Source of the DNA: Eledone cirrhosa
Lineage: Eukaryota
Reading direction: 5' to 3'
Assembly: GCA_964016885.1 (NCBI GenBank)
Contig: OZ024740.1
Span: 363,940,001 to 364,004,000, forward strand
DNA: 64,000 nt
Positions 38,601-52,157 of the stretch are shown here, piece after piece. The notes under the pieces were generated by a model that searched no databases, was not told the origin of the DNA, and worked only from the letters and a program-made list of their open reading frames with translations. How positions within the stretch are numbered: the stretch's first letter is position 1; every line of letters starts with the position of its first letter. The translations under genes were made by a program, and so were the position numbers.

Positions 38601-39450
38601 ACACTAGTGGCCACTAAAGGTTTCTCTCTAAAAATGAAAGGCAAATTGTATGTTGCGTGCATACAAACAGCAATGTTACATGGCAGTGAGACATGGGCAT
38701 TGTGTGCAGAGGACCTGCGCAGACTGGAGAGGAACGAAGCATGCATGCTCCATTGGATGTGTAATAGTAATATATGCAAACGGCAAAGCATAAAGGAACT
38801 AAGTGAGAAATTAGGAATAAGAGGGATCAGATGCTGTTTACTCGAGAGAAGACTACGTTGGCATGAAAGACGACAGCTGTATAAAAAGTGCAGAGCGATC
38901 AAAATTGATGGAAGTTACGGAGTAGGTAGACCCAGAAAAACCTGGGACGATTTGATAAATCAGACCTTACACACTTACACCTTTCTAAGACAATGTCACT
39001 GGACTGAGATCTTTGGCACTACGCAATAATACAGAAGACCCGCCTTGCCTATGTACATAGCGAAACCTACATAAGTAAGCACCTCTTAACCAAATATACA
39101 CCCTCATCTCACTACCCCTACTCCACCCCACTCCCACCAACACCACCCTCTCTCTGTAAAGTGATGTTGGTACCACAACATCCAGTCCAAAATAAATGAG
39201 GTTGTGTAGGTCTCACAACAAAAAAACACACAGTCCACGCTGTAATGTGGCCGTGTAGGTAACACGGTAAAAACCTCCCAGTCCACACTGTAAACGTGGT
39301 TGGTGTTAGGAAGGGCATCCAGCCATAGAAAGCCTGCCAGGCAGTCCTATCCGAGCAAGACACGGTCTCCTGACCAATCTTGCCTCAAGTGGGACAATTC
39401 CCATCTAAACCCATGCTAGCGTGGAAGATATACGTTAAACGATGATGAGG
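35640..39450 (+). mobile_element. Nearly full-length decayed RTE-type LINE (APE endonuclease, RT, Cys/His finger, 3' UTR)
   Basis: VGTMNVGTL, IISAYAPQ, GNLNGHVG, SQIDYIL, LAFVDLEK, LLYSDDL and MLHGSETW motifs; many stops and frameshifts. Confidence 0.9.
36276..36661 (+). mobile_element. 5'-truncated non-LTR retroelement (Tx1/L1-like 3' end) inserted in the RTE, with a 17-bp TSD
   Basis: TATCTGTAACACAAACT at 36259-36275 and 36662-36678; A-rich tail; LIPFFKYHFRRKVRVERE..KFAER. Confidence 0.75.
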
Positions 39451-39630
39451 ATTCCATTTTGGCATGGTTTTTGGGGCTGGAGGCCTTTCCAAATACCAAA
39501 TATTTTACAGAGTAGGTTGAATGCATTTTATCATGCCACCAGCACTACAACTTGCAGAGTGCGCTGGTTGTATTCCATGTGTTTGTGTGTGTTTTATTTG
39601 TCAATTTAAAATTTTCATTTCATTTCACAG

Positions 39631-39884
39631 GTAGCTATCTATTTTTAAGAGCTGAGTACCCATATAAAGCTGGAGACAAAGCCATTCTCATCAGTGAGTA
39701 TTTGGATGGATCAATGCACCAATGTATGAGCTTTTGGTATTCCATGCATGGACCTGGTGTTGGTAGCCTCAAATTTGTAATTGTACAGCTTGGATCCAAT
39801 ATTACTAGCTGGATTTTAACAGGTTCCCAATCAGCATACTGGGCTTTTGGACGCTTTCCAATAGCAAGTAACAAGCCATTCCAG
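39631..39884 (+). CDS. Exon 14, MAM5 middle (GSYLFLRAE...CMSFWYSMHG...KPFQ)
   Basis: ttcacag acceptor, gtaaaa donor; ORF 39552..39956. Confidence 0.92.
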
Positions 39885-42160
39885 GTAAAATGTTTATATC
39901 ATCATCATCATGCACCAATACTTAAGAATACCATATTTTTCTTGTGTATTATATGACTTGAGTATAATATGAGCGTTGTTTCTGAAATTTAAAACAAAAT
40001 GGGAATAAATTACATCCTTGAATATAATATGCTCCTTGTCTATGTATATTTTTTTAATACTTGTACCATGTTATCCATTAAAATTGCAATCTCAAAGATA
40101 TATTTCATTATACTATTCAGTTTCTTGTGATATTACAAAATGTAAAACAACCAAATATTTATCAAATATTGCCAATATATCAAATACCATTTGTAAAAAA
40201 ACCATCAACATGTAAAAAAAATTTGAAAATATGTAATTGTGTTTAATATGTTCTTATGAGACCAAATTTTCTGTGTATAATACATATTATATACAGAAAA
40301 TCTGGTACTTTAATTTTGTAACATTAAGTTATTTCCTACCTCCATTTGTTTCTCTATTTTTCTGCTACTGTTACTACTACTCCTGTTTCTATTACTCCAT
40401 ATAACACTCTTCTACGTAACCCTTTTGATATCAATACACCCAAAACTGCCTCTGGCTCTTGTAAAACCAAGCTTAACTCTGAAAATGTAAAATCAAAGCA
40501 CTTGTAACCTTCTCAAGCACAGAATTTAACACTCTGACAACAATTAAATACATTGTATTCCAATTAACCCATTTGTTACTATATTCTCTTTGAAGGACAT
40601 TGCCTTTGAATTAATTTACTTTTTGATTATCATATTTATAATGAAGGGCACTGTATTTGAATTAATTAAGCTCTTTGTTACCATATTTCTACCATATTTC
40701 TAATGAATAAAACTCTCTTTGAAAATTTTAATCCTTTAATTAATATATTTCTAATGAAAGACACAGCATATGATTTTAAAATAATTTTGAAAATAATTAA
40801 GAATATGCAAAAAATTTCGTAATTATTAATCTGGTGTTAAGTTATGTTTGGAACATAATTTAACAAAAGTTCTTACATAAAACTATGATGGAAGGTTTTA
40901 GAGCAAACAGTTTTATATCATCATCATCATCACCATTTAACATCCAGTTTTCCATACTGGCATGGATTAGACAAGTTATCCTGTTGTGAGTAATGCTAAG
41001 TCAGGTGACTATGTCATGCTCATACAGAACCGATTTGTGCTTGGTTTCTACAGCTGGATGCCCTTCCTAGCGCCAACCTCGTTTACAGTAAAAACAAACT
41101 GATCTCATGTGATTTGATATAGAAAAAAGGTTAATGAAAAATCTGGAGGGATTTTTATTATATCATTATTAAGATATTTGTAACACAACTTAACATATGG
41201 TTCTTATGTATAATTATGTTTGAAGGGTTTAATATAAATAAGAACACTTTAAAATGGGTAGTTCTGTTTCATAGAGCCAGTTGGTTTGGGCTGGGTAGTT
41301 ATCAAAAGGGTTAACCATTTCCTTACCATATTTCTAATGAATGGCACACTGTGATTTTTAAATAATTTTAAGAATAATCGAGAATTTGGAAAAAAAATAA
41401 CTTTTCCATTATTAAGCAGGTGTTTAGAATATAACTTAAGACAATATATGTAACTTAACACTATATATGAACCCATACACAATATGTTTATGTATAATAT
41501 ACCCACATAGCCACACTGTGAGTATTTTATGCTGTGAAAATGTCAAAGCTACCTCAGTAATTGTGTGAGATGTCAAATACATGCATTTCAGGAGTGTTAA
41601 TCCATTAACAGTGATGTTTACTTGGTACTGAGGTAGAGAAGTTAATGTTTCTTATATATAGATTTTGTAAATATATTTTTGATAATGGCGTTTTTGCAAG
41701 GTTCTTACATCTAAAACATTGATGGATGGTTTTAGATAAATATAAACGCTTTAAAATAAATAGGCTTGCATAATTGAACCAGAGGCAGTTTCAGGCAATT
41801 TGGAAACAAAAGACTTAAGGCCATGTTACCTCACTAGATACATTACTTTTCTAGACTCACTCCATTCGTGATGTGATTGATTGTTGTAGGGGAAAAAATC
41901 CTAAACACCACCATGTAACTAAAAGTGGGCTAGGTGAAATGTCTATAAATAATAACTGAAGTGAATTGTCAGCAGACTGTGTGTATGTAGTCTCTCGTTG
42001 GTAGTTTGAAATTACACCTGGTGACTACTTTGGTTTTACCCTTGTTTCGTACAGATATACTAAACAGGTGTGTGACACCATTATAATATTGATATAGCTG
42101 TCTAAAGCAAGCATTACATTTTTAATAATTTTATTAACTAGATGTATTTTACTTCTGCAG

Positions 42161-42245
42161 ATTATCATAGAAGGGGTTCGAGGAACAAGTAACAGGATTA
42201 ATTTTGCTATTGATGACATAGAATTTACCAATTCGAAATGTTCCG
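42161..42245 (+). CDS. Exon 15, MAM5 C-part (IIIEGVRGTSNRINFAIDDIEFTNSKCS)
   Basis: ctgcag acceptor, gtatgt donor. Confidence 0.9.
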
Positions 42246-42694
42246 GTATGTGAAATTTCTCTTTTCTTTTCTTTTTTCTTTTTTTTACTAATTTGAGAAA
42301 TTAGACTACAGCCAAGCCAGCTTTGATTTAACTGATTCTAGTACCTATTTTTTCAAGACTTGCACATATTTTCTCAGTCTCGTTTTTGTTGAACTGCTCA
42401 AACCTAGGAAATAAACATAGACACAAATGTAAACACACAATTATCTATATATATAAAATAGTTCATTTATTTGTCTGTTTGTCTCCAATGCGTTTAAATG
42501 CCCATTTTTCCATGCTAGCATGGGTTAGATGAGTTGTCCTGTAGTGAAACAAGCTATGTACGATGACCATGTTTTTCTCATACAGAATTGATTTGGGGTT
42601 GGTTTCTACAGCTAGGTGCCCTTCCTAACGCCAACCACATGTTTTACAGTGTGTGTATGTGTATGTATATATATATATATATATACACACAAAA

Positions 42695-42775
<81 letters not shown>

Positions 42776-42910
42776 CATATATACATACATACATACATGC
42801 ATACGTATGTATATACATACATATATATGCATGCAGAAAGCAAACAGAAATAACAAAGCAAACAACACAGTACAATGAAGAAATATATTATTAGTTTTAT
42901 ACTTGACATA

Positions 42911-44887
42911 TCTCTCTCTATAAAATAGCTAATTTGTTTGTCTGTTTTTCTTCAATGCACATTAAATCCAGTGGACCAATCATGTTCATACTTGGCTTGT
43001 GAGTTCTTTAGACTCAGGAATAGGTTTTCTGCACACTTTGACCTATATATATATTCGTTTATATGTTTGTTTGTAAATCTGTGGTATTTGCAAGTTATTG
43101 TCTTCACTACTATAGAATATGAGGGAAAATAGAGAGAATGAAGAAATGAGAATTTGAGAGAAAGCACATGGGAAATTAAATAGAGTACTGAAAGCCAAAG
43201 ATAGAACTAAGCAAGTAGGTTAACAATGCATGAACAAAGAGAGTAAGAACGAGAGATAAAGAAAGTGAAGAAAGTGAGTGACAGGCATTCAACATAGTAT
43301 CCGACACTAAAGCAACAAACATATGCTTGCTTCAGTATTGAACGTCCCCCCTCTCTCTCCTGCATGAAAGGAGGTAGGACTAAAAGAAGTGAGCGACACA
43401 TGTTCAAACAACATAAAGCAACAACACACACTTGCTTTAATATCAAAATCCACACTCTCCTCTATTGGCTGTAACACATTTTGTCAAACATTCTTTATAT
43501 TTCTTCTGTGTATGTATATATGTCATATCTACTTAATATTTAGCCTGTAAACAAAAAGACCTCCATACTGTTTGAAGGCATTGTGTTTGTATTTTAATGT
43601 GCACTAAGGAAAGAAAACTCTGAGTAAGTCATGTTTGTAGTTGGCAGTGACACTGTTGACATCTCACTGCTATCATGACTACCAACATTATTTTTCCAAA
43701 CTCAAGTAAGCTTCTAGATATAAGATTGAAAACAAAGGCAATGAAGTGGAGTTCCAGCTAGATCCTGTCAACAAAATCTCCATGCAGCTTAATTGACCTG
43801 GATGCAGCCCAGCCCCCTTAGAGTGTAAGAAGTTAAGGGCCAAAACACTTGAGAGTTTCTTACCACTATCTTCTGCAAAGAAGCTACAAATGGAGAATAA
43901 AAGTGAAGAGCAGTGACAAGAAAGACTCCAAAATCAAAGAAATGCAGCAGTGAAATATTGGCAAAATGAATCAGAAGAACAAAGACCAAAAAGGCTTGCC
44001 GATGATAAGACAAGGAAAGCAACTTTTTGTCAAGAGGAATTAGATGTACAAAACTACAGCACAAAATAGGGAGAATGAATCAGATGCACAAAGATCATCA
44101 AAACTTCAACAACAAAGAATAAGAAGTGCTCAGAATAGACAGGATGGATCAGAGGAACAAAAATCAAAAAATCTTGCTGAAGATAGGACAATGGAAACAA
44201 CTATTCGTCAAGAGGAATCAGACAACATTAAGAAACTGATGCTCAAACAACTCTAATGCTATGTGAATAGAGAGCAAGAACGTAAGATTTATGATTTTAA
44301 AAGGTTTCTGAGTGGAATTTTGCTGCTTTTAGTTACAATCCACATAAGACTATGCCACAAAACCTTTAATTCGTATTTCCTCAATGAACAAAATTTGTCC
44401 AATTATGGTGGTAAAAAACTGAATTTTAATGTTTAAATGGAAAGATTAAGTTTAGACTATTACCTGAACCACTAGAACCCTTGAGGCGACTGCTGATTGG
44501 TACAACTACTGAATCAAGACACTTTCTTCAAAATATTCAGAAGTACAATAACGCATTCCAAAAGACATCATTTGGTGTAAATGTCATCCATGAAGGTGGC
44601 TTTATACCCACTTTCAAGATCCAATGGCAAGTGTACCACAAAATTGGAGCCACTTTCAGAAAATGAACAAAAATATTTACAACTGTATTTCATCAGTGAT
44701 CTGAAAACCCAATCACAGACAAGATATGAAAGAAATAAAGAAACAAAGTATGAAATCATATTGCAACTAAAAGATATGTTACATAAAAGAAACAGCTATA
44801 TTGGAAGTTTCAAATATACCCTAGAAAAAGTTTTGAATAAAATTTCATTATTTTCTTTAACCTGGGCAACTCTGGGTATTTTGCTAG
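42911..44887 (+). mobile_element. Internally deleted Helitron with an N-terminal remnant of Rep/helicase
   Basis: A|TC start; HFLQNIQKYNNAFQKTSFG..PTFKIQWQVYHKIG..YLQLYF; 3' hairpin cctgggcaactctggg then CTAG|T; a second 5'-like end at 42444. Confidence 0.82.
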
Positions 44888-45905
44888 TATATAACAGATG
44901 AACAGGGATGGGTATATCACTCATTCCTTACCAAATGCAAGAAATCTCAATGCATTTATTGCTTATGGAAAAATTACATTTCTCAGACATCTGGCTATTA
45001 TTCAGATTGGCTTATATTTGAGTATGTATGGTAAAGAAGAATTTAGAAAGATTTACTGAAATTATTGAATGTTTCATTGTCAAGATAGTATGTGTAACAT
45101 AACAAAAAGTTCTAATGTCAAATAATTGTTTCTATTTTTGGCACAAGGCCAGCAATTATTCCAGTGTATTACTGGTACTTCATTTTATCGACCCCGTAAG
45201 GATGAAAGGCAAAGTTAACCTCGGCGGGATTTGAACTCAGATCATAAAGGGCCGTAACTCTTTCTGAAAAGCATGGCGTCTGACCCTCTCCTGATACTGC
45301 CAATCCACCACCCTAATGTCAAATAATGTTGGATAGTTTTAATTTATATAGGAACCCTTTAAAATGGGTGGTTTTGTTTCATTGAACTGGGAGTAGTTTT
45401 GGTTGGGTTGATAACAAATGAGTTAAAGGAAAATATTTCAGATACATGAATTTATAAGATTTAACTATTCCATTACAATATTTCTAACAAAATACATTGC
45501 CTAGGAGTTTCAAATTATTTTCAAAATAATCAACAATAAATAAGATAACTAATATTCTTATTATTACAAATATTCTTACATAAAATGGTGATTGAAGATC
45601 TTCTGACAAATAAACAGCTTTGTATCATAGAACCCCAGTCAGTTTCAGGCATTTTGCATCAAAAATGTTAATGAAGAATCTAGAAGAATTTACTAAGATT
45701 AATCATTTTGTTACATTTGAAACATATTGTTCTTATATAAAATTATGTTGGAAAATTTTCATTAAAGCTGGAACCCTTAAAAAATGAGTGATTTTGTTTC
45801 ATAGAACCAAAGTTGGTTTGGGATGGGTTGGTATAAAAAAATTTAAAATATTTTCAAAATGTTCTTATATCTTCTTGTTTGATACTATTTGTTTTTTATC
45901 AACAG

Positions 45906-45986
45906 TGTCTCCCCGGAGAGCTGGAAAAATACCTGTGTCAACTACAAGTCCACCAACCACAGTACATCAACTACAGACAACACCAA
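45906..45986 (+). CDS. Exon 16, Thr/Pro-rich linker (SPRRAGKIPVSTTSPPTTVHQLQTTP)
   Basis: caacag acceptor, gtaagt donor, 81 nt phase 1/1. Confidence 0.8.
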
Positions 45987-46914
45987 GTAAGTAGTCATAT
46001 AACAAATCATGCATTCTTTCAAAAGAGCTATCTGTGAAAATAATGGTTTCTTATGTAGGCACAAGGCCAGCAATTTTGGGGGGAGGGGAAAAGTCAATGA
46101 AATCGACCCCAGTGCGTGACTGGTACTTTATTTTATCGACCCCGTAAGGATGAAAGGCAAAGTTAACCTCGGTGGGATTTGAACTCAGATCATAAAGGGC
46201 CGTAACTCTATGCGACAAAGCATGGCGTCCGACCCTCTACCGATACTGCCAATCCACCGCCCTGTGAAAATAATGTTGTTATTGTTGCACTTAACATTGG
46301 CAAAGCATTCAACTGTGTGTAGCATATGAATATCCTTACAAACCTGCTCAGTGAGGATCTCCATCCATCTCTCTCATCTTTTGAAATCGAGGTTTTGATG
46401 AATAACAAGGTAAAAGTTGTTTTTTTAAATGTATATAGACAATTCTTCAGTGTTGTATTATACTCAAGTTGTATTATGCACAAAGAAATATGGTACTTGC
46501 TGAGCCCTCTAACAATGCTTACTCCTACATAAATGATACCACTTTTCATTCCTCCTTAATATTCTGTTCACAAACATCACCCACATGCAACCTAGACACC
46601 TCATAGCAAATCTGCATTACTTCCCCCACCAAAAAAAAATTGAAAATATTCTCCAATATGATTATACCAATATTGTCTTCTTCAATGTTACAAAGACACA
46701 ATCATGACACATAATCAAGAAAATATTATTGCACACCTCTCACTCAACATGAGCTACATGCAATTAAAGCCCTAGCAAATGAATGTACTGAGGTCCCTAA
46801 CTCCAATCCCCTCCGCGACATCCGCCTTGGCTTGTGCTCCCCATCACCCAACATTTCTGCTCTGCTTAAATATATTTTCCATGCTATTTCCATGCTATTT
46901 CCAATTTCACCTTT

Positions 46915-47021
<107 letters not shown>

Positions 47022-47318
47022 AGGTATCGGGAGAGAAAACTGTTGAAATGCACACAAAAATATACATATTAGAATGAAGTTAATATCACATACAGTTAAT
47101 TTAACCAGTTTCCAATTTTTGAAAATACTGTTAGTTTTTGCAATGAATGCCATGACTATCTCCAAAGAATTGAAACTAGTTAAATCATTTATATGTGATA
47201 TTAACTTAATATATACATTTTTGTATACATTTTTATTGTTTTTTTTTTTTTATATATATAATGTAGACATTATCACTTATTATATATATATATACAATAA
47301 ATATTTATATTTTTACAG

Positions 47319-47462
47319 CTCCAACTAAATATGATTGTGATTTTGAAAACAACATGTGTTCTTGGGTAGCTGACAAGAAAGTTAATAATAAATGGGTCAG
47401 AGCCCAAGGTCCATCTGGAAGCAGTAGAAATGGACCTACAAATGACCACACTCATGGAACAA
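47319..47462 (+). CDS. Exon 17, MAM6 N-part (KYDCDFENNMCSW...GPTNDHTHGT)
   Basis: tttacag acceptor, gtaagt donor. Confidence 0.9.
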
Positions 47463-47626
47463 GTAAGTGCTAATCAATTATATATTGTTAAACTTCCAAT
47501 ATATGAATTTCTAGTCAACCTTAATTTCCTTAGACTAGGCATTCCTAGGAAACTATGCAATCTATAAATCATTGACTATGTTTAATGTACTATTCTATAT
47601 GATATGTATTTCATGATAGTCAAAAG

Positions 47627-48132
47627 CAGGCTTCTCAAAGTGGTATATATATAAACTATCTAGGGATGAATAAAAGTTTATGGGTTGAAGAGAATTTATT
47701 TGTTTATATTTATTAATATGTTTATAACAGAAGAACAAAAATTGTTGGACTAGCTGCCAGATATCATACACCTAGCAGTTTACTGATAGTTTACTGAGTC
47801 TTTTCTCATGTAAGTTATATTAACCCTTTGGCATTTAAACTGGCCGTATCTGGCCAGAGTTCTCTCACCTCTTTCTGTTCAAACTGGCTGCTCATACTGA
47901 TGCTAAGGTATTGTTCTCAAAATAAATAACATCAAAATCTCGTAGATTCAATATTATGTAAGGTAAAGCCTTTACCACAAAAATGCAATAGTATATATAG
48001 ATGTTAAAGGGTTAAGCACTGCTAAATTATTTAGTGTTTGTAATTTTATATTTGATTAATTCGTTTGCAGGTGAATAGAAATGAAATTTTGTTCTAAGCA
48101 TATCTGTTAAGTAAACAATTTGAGAAGCCCTG
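47627..48132. mobile_element. hAT-like MITE interrupted by a piggyBac-like MITE
   Basis: TIR-like ends caggcttctcaaa and tttgagaagccctg. Confidence 0.5.
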
Positions 48133-48398
48133 GTTTAGAGTTTAAGAAAAATACTTAATGAATTAATCTAACCCTTTAGCATTTACATTATTCTATATAT
48201 ATATACTATTATATTTTCAGGATAATGGCTTTACTTCATAATTATCTCACATAATATCGAATCTATGAGATTTTGATATTACTTATTTTGAGAACAATAC
48301 CTTAACATCAGTATGAGTGACTGGTTACAGCCAGTTTACACGGAAAGAGGTGGGAGAATTCTGGCCAGATACAGCCAGTTTAAATGCTAATGGGTTAA
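47820..48398. mobile_element. Two oppositely oriented piggyBac-like MITEs (47820-48015 and 48168-48398); third copy at about 60689-60884
   Basis: TTAA-CCCTTT...AAAGGG-TTAA type ends and a shared body. Confidence 0.75.
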
Positions 48399-48673
48399 AG
48401 GATTAGATAATTAAATGATTAGTTCCTGTAGAGATGATGAACAAACCAGGGTCTAGTCAACATCACCTCCACCCCTAGTCTGCCACTATATGTTAGTGTA
48501 TGAATATTTTTATGTCACAAAAGTGTTTTGTAAATGTATACATTATGTTATAAGTGAATATGTAAGCATATATGAATGTATGAAAGCAGTTTGCTACTAT
48601 TCAGTATGCATAATCCAATTTTCATGACAACCTGCATTTTGTATAATTGAATAAAAATTGTTCATGTTTGCAG

Positions 48674-48942
48674 AAGAAGGCTGGTACATCATGTCAAAAC
48701 CATTATATCGACTTAAAAGAAATAGCAAAGCACGCATTATTGGTCCAAGCATCCCCCATACGCAAACCCGATGTCTGAACTTTTGGTATCATATGTATGG
48801 TGCATACATCAATCAATTGAATGTAAACATTACTCAAGGAGGAATTTCCCGTAAATTATGGATGAAAACAGGTGATCAAGGCAACATGTGGAGACAGGCT
48901 TTTATTAACTTGGATAAGAGTGCATATAAAAATGATTATAAG
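48674..48942 (+). CDS. Exon 18, MAM6 middle (EGWYIMSK...CLNFWYHMYG...NDYK)
   Basis: ttgcag acceptor (tandem CAGAAGAAG, so the start may shift by 3-6 nt), gtgagg donor. Confidence 0.9.
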
Positions 48943-49968
48943 GTGAGGCTATAGAATTCTAGATGGCTTATTGAACTTAATGTATGGATGTTTAAAATCA
49001 CTTTACATTCACTTTGTTATTTAACCCTAAATTTTGAGACTAAATAACCTGAAACCACTCTAGCGTTGTAAAAAAAAAAACTTTATATTTATCTAAATAC
49101 CATACGTTATGTAAACTTTTGTTAAGTTATGCTCCAAACATCTTGATAATGAGAAAGTTAGTTATATTACTAAATCCCTCCAAATTCTTGATTATTTTCA
49201 GAATTATTTGAAAATCATAGAGTCAGTTATTAGAATTATGGTCATAAAAGAATTAACTCTTAACATTCCGTATTGCATGAAGCCATATTCTTGACAAAAC
49301 AGCACTTTGACTGTAAACCAAATGTCTTTATTCAAATACTGCACATTTTCAAAATGATCTGTTCAGCAGTGAAGATACTATAAAGATTTGAATAAATAAA
49401 CCTATTTTCAGATATTTTCTTTTAAATAATTTAAGAGGTTAAATATTTATAAGTTCCATTGGTTTAAGCTTCTAATTTAAATTTTGTGAAACAGGTGTAG
49501 ATATTTTAGTGTATTCTTAATTTTTCTATATACACAGAGTGGTGGAAGCATCATGACCAATTGTTTAAGAAGTTTGGTTCATAATCATTAGTTCCCAAGG
49601 TTGATCCCACAGCATGGCATCTTGACCAGTGTCATTTACAATAGCCCCAGGTCAACTAAAGCCTTGTGAATAAAATTGGGTTGGCAGAACTGTTTGGAAG
49701 CCCTTTGAGGAGACTGTATTGATAATTCAAAAGTCCAAACTTCTCAAACACCATCTCATGCTGAATTCCCTCGACAATTCCATCAAGGAATGTGTGTGGA
49801 ATCCTAAGGCATATTTTAATTTCATGAGAAGGTTGTTCAGTTTATCAAACAATCATCATCATCATCATCGTTTAATGTCTATCTTCCACGCTAGCATGGG
49901 TTTAGGAATACTAACTGTTTAAACTGATAGGGGACCATTCATTCAGTGTAATTTTCTCTTCTCTTCAG

Positions 49969-50056
49969 ATCATATTTGAAGTAGTATCTGGCGTTTATTA
50001 TCGAGATTACATAGCACTTGATGACATCCGCTTTACATTGGGAGCATGCCATGAAA
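49969..50056 (+). CDS. Exon 19, MAM6 C-part (IIFEVVSGVYYRDYIALDDIRFTLGACHE)
   Basis: cttcag acceptor, gtaagt donor. Confidence 0.9.
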
Positions 50057-50159
50057 GTAAGTCTTTTTTCATATTCTTTCTCACTATTTTACATTCGTTG
50101 CCCATATACATATATATATATACCACTGTATATATATATACATATATACCACTTTATAT

Positions 50160-50790
50160 ATTTTCACTAACTCTGACAGTTGGCAGCTGAAGAGTGAACT
50201 ATACTGAAGAAGGGTAATACCCAGAAACATTAGTGTCTGCAGTTATGTTTACATGCCAACACAAGAGCAAGAATGCGGGGCTCATTCTACTGACATGGCT
50301 TTAAAAAAGAGGCTGTTTGCATAATTGCAAATGAATCAAATATTATTATTAATATTCGAAAAACTCAGATTACATTTATTGTATTCAGCCATGTAGAGCG
50401 AAATTTTTTTTTTTTTTTTTTTGAATATGGCAAAGCCGGCCATTAATCGCTCATATACAGGAAACTGGCAGGCCAGTCTGCTGATATGCAGATCTGACTG
50501 ATCAGCCAATCTGCTAATATGCAAATCTGGCCGATCAGTCACTGTATATTTTAGAAAATATCATACATTTTCACTAGCTCTGACAGTTGTCAGATGAGCA
50601 GTAAACTGTACTGATAAAGGGTAATACCCAGAAACATTAGTATCTGCAGTTCTGTTTACATGCCAACACAAGAGCAAGAATGAGGGGCTCATTCTACTGA
50701 CATGGCTTTAAAAAAGAGGCTGTTTGCATAATTGCAAACAAATCGAATATTATTATTAATATTTGAAAACCTCAGGTTACATTTATTATA
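50160..50790 (+). mobile_element. Retrozyme or pLTR-like element: two direct repeats of about 225 bp (period 407 bp), each with a hammerhead motif
   Basis: 50161-50384 is similar to 50568-50790; TA-rich flanks; spacer holds subrepeats of about 33 bp. Confidence 0.75.
50197..50244 (+). ncRNA. Minimal type I hammerhead motif, family E (second copy at 50604-50651)
   Basis: AACTATA CTGAAGA aGGGTaatACCCa GAAAC attagt GTC / TGCAGTT; GUC cut after 50237. Confidence 0.66.
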
Positions 50791-50804
50791 TATATACATA
50801 TATA

Positions 50805-52083
50805 TCATCATCATCATCGTTTTACGTCCGTTCTTTGACGCTAGCATGAGTTGGACGGGTGGTCCTATTGTGGGTAATATTAGGTCGGCTGTCCTTTGCT
50901 CATACGGGAACTGATTCTGGCTTGATTTCTACAGCTGGATGCCCTTCCTAACACCAACTTCATTTACAGTGAGTGCTGGGTGCTTTTTTGTTGTGACACC
51001 TCCACAACCACTTTGCAGTGGGCGGGGGTGGGGGCATATTGTCTATATGCTTCAGCTTGTACCCGTGGGAAGTTGGGTCTTCTGTATTACTGCGTGACGC
51101 CAGAGGTCACGGTCGTGTGTCATTGCCTTAGAGAGGTGCTATTAGGTATGGTCGGCTTTTATCACCTCAACTCAGGTCTTCTTGGGTCTCCCCACTCCGC
51201 GGCTTCCATCGACTTCTAGTGCTCTGCACCTTTTTATGTACCTGCTAATTTGGTCACCTAGGTAACAGAAGCTGTCTACTGTTTCTACAGAGCCCTCCCA
51301 GAGTTTGGTGGTGCTTGTTTCTTGTAGCCATTTGCTGCCTGCTGTCCCAGCACAGCTGCTACATGTGAAGCCTACATTCTTAGTTAAGCTTTCTGCTGAG
51401 ATCCCACTACATATCTTGTGTACCCATTGTTTGCATTTGGGGCAGAGAATGCAGTTCCTACCTACACCTTTCCTACATACTGAGCAAGGCCATTTCCCTG
51501 AGGGGATCTGCGTTCTGTTTTCTAGTCTACTTACGAGGACCTTAGTCTTTATCTGGTTGACTTTGAGACCCTTTTTTTCTAGTCTCTGCTTCCATGTTTG
51601 GAATTTCTCTTGTTCCGCCATGGATTCGGCTATAAGTGTGAGATCATCTGCATATAGGAATTCCCATAGGCATCTGGTCTTAAACTCCTCCGTAATTGCC
51701 TGCAATACTATAATGAACAGGAGAGAGCTAAGAACAGAGCCCTGGTGGACACTGACCTGTATGCTAAATTCCTCACTATAGTCATTGCTAACCCTAACTT
51801 TGTGGACTGCTCCTCTATATATGGCTTGTACAGCTTTCACAAACCATTCATCTACTCCTAGTTTTCTAAGAGCCGACCACATTATAGCACGGGGGACTCT
51901 GTCAAAGGCTTTTTCCAGATCGACAAATGCCAGGTAGAGTGGCTTACTTTTAGCTAGGTACTTTGCCTGTAACTGCCTCACAAGGAAGAGGGCATCAGTG
52001 GTGCCTTTTCCTGGCACAAACCCAAATTGCATCCCATCTAGTTTTACCTGGTCCCTAATCAACTGTGCTATAATACTTTCTGT

Positions 52084-52085
<2 letters not shown>
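50805..52085 (-). mobile_element. RTE-type LINE fragment (RT, finger, tail), internally deleted
   Basis: ORF 51172..52182 with DLEKAFDRV, HQGSVLS, YADDL and CSVC..CPKC..WVH. Confidence 0.88.
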
Positions 52086-52157
<72 letters not shown>

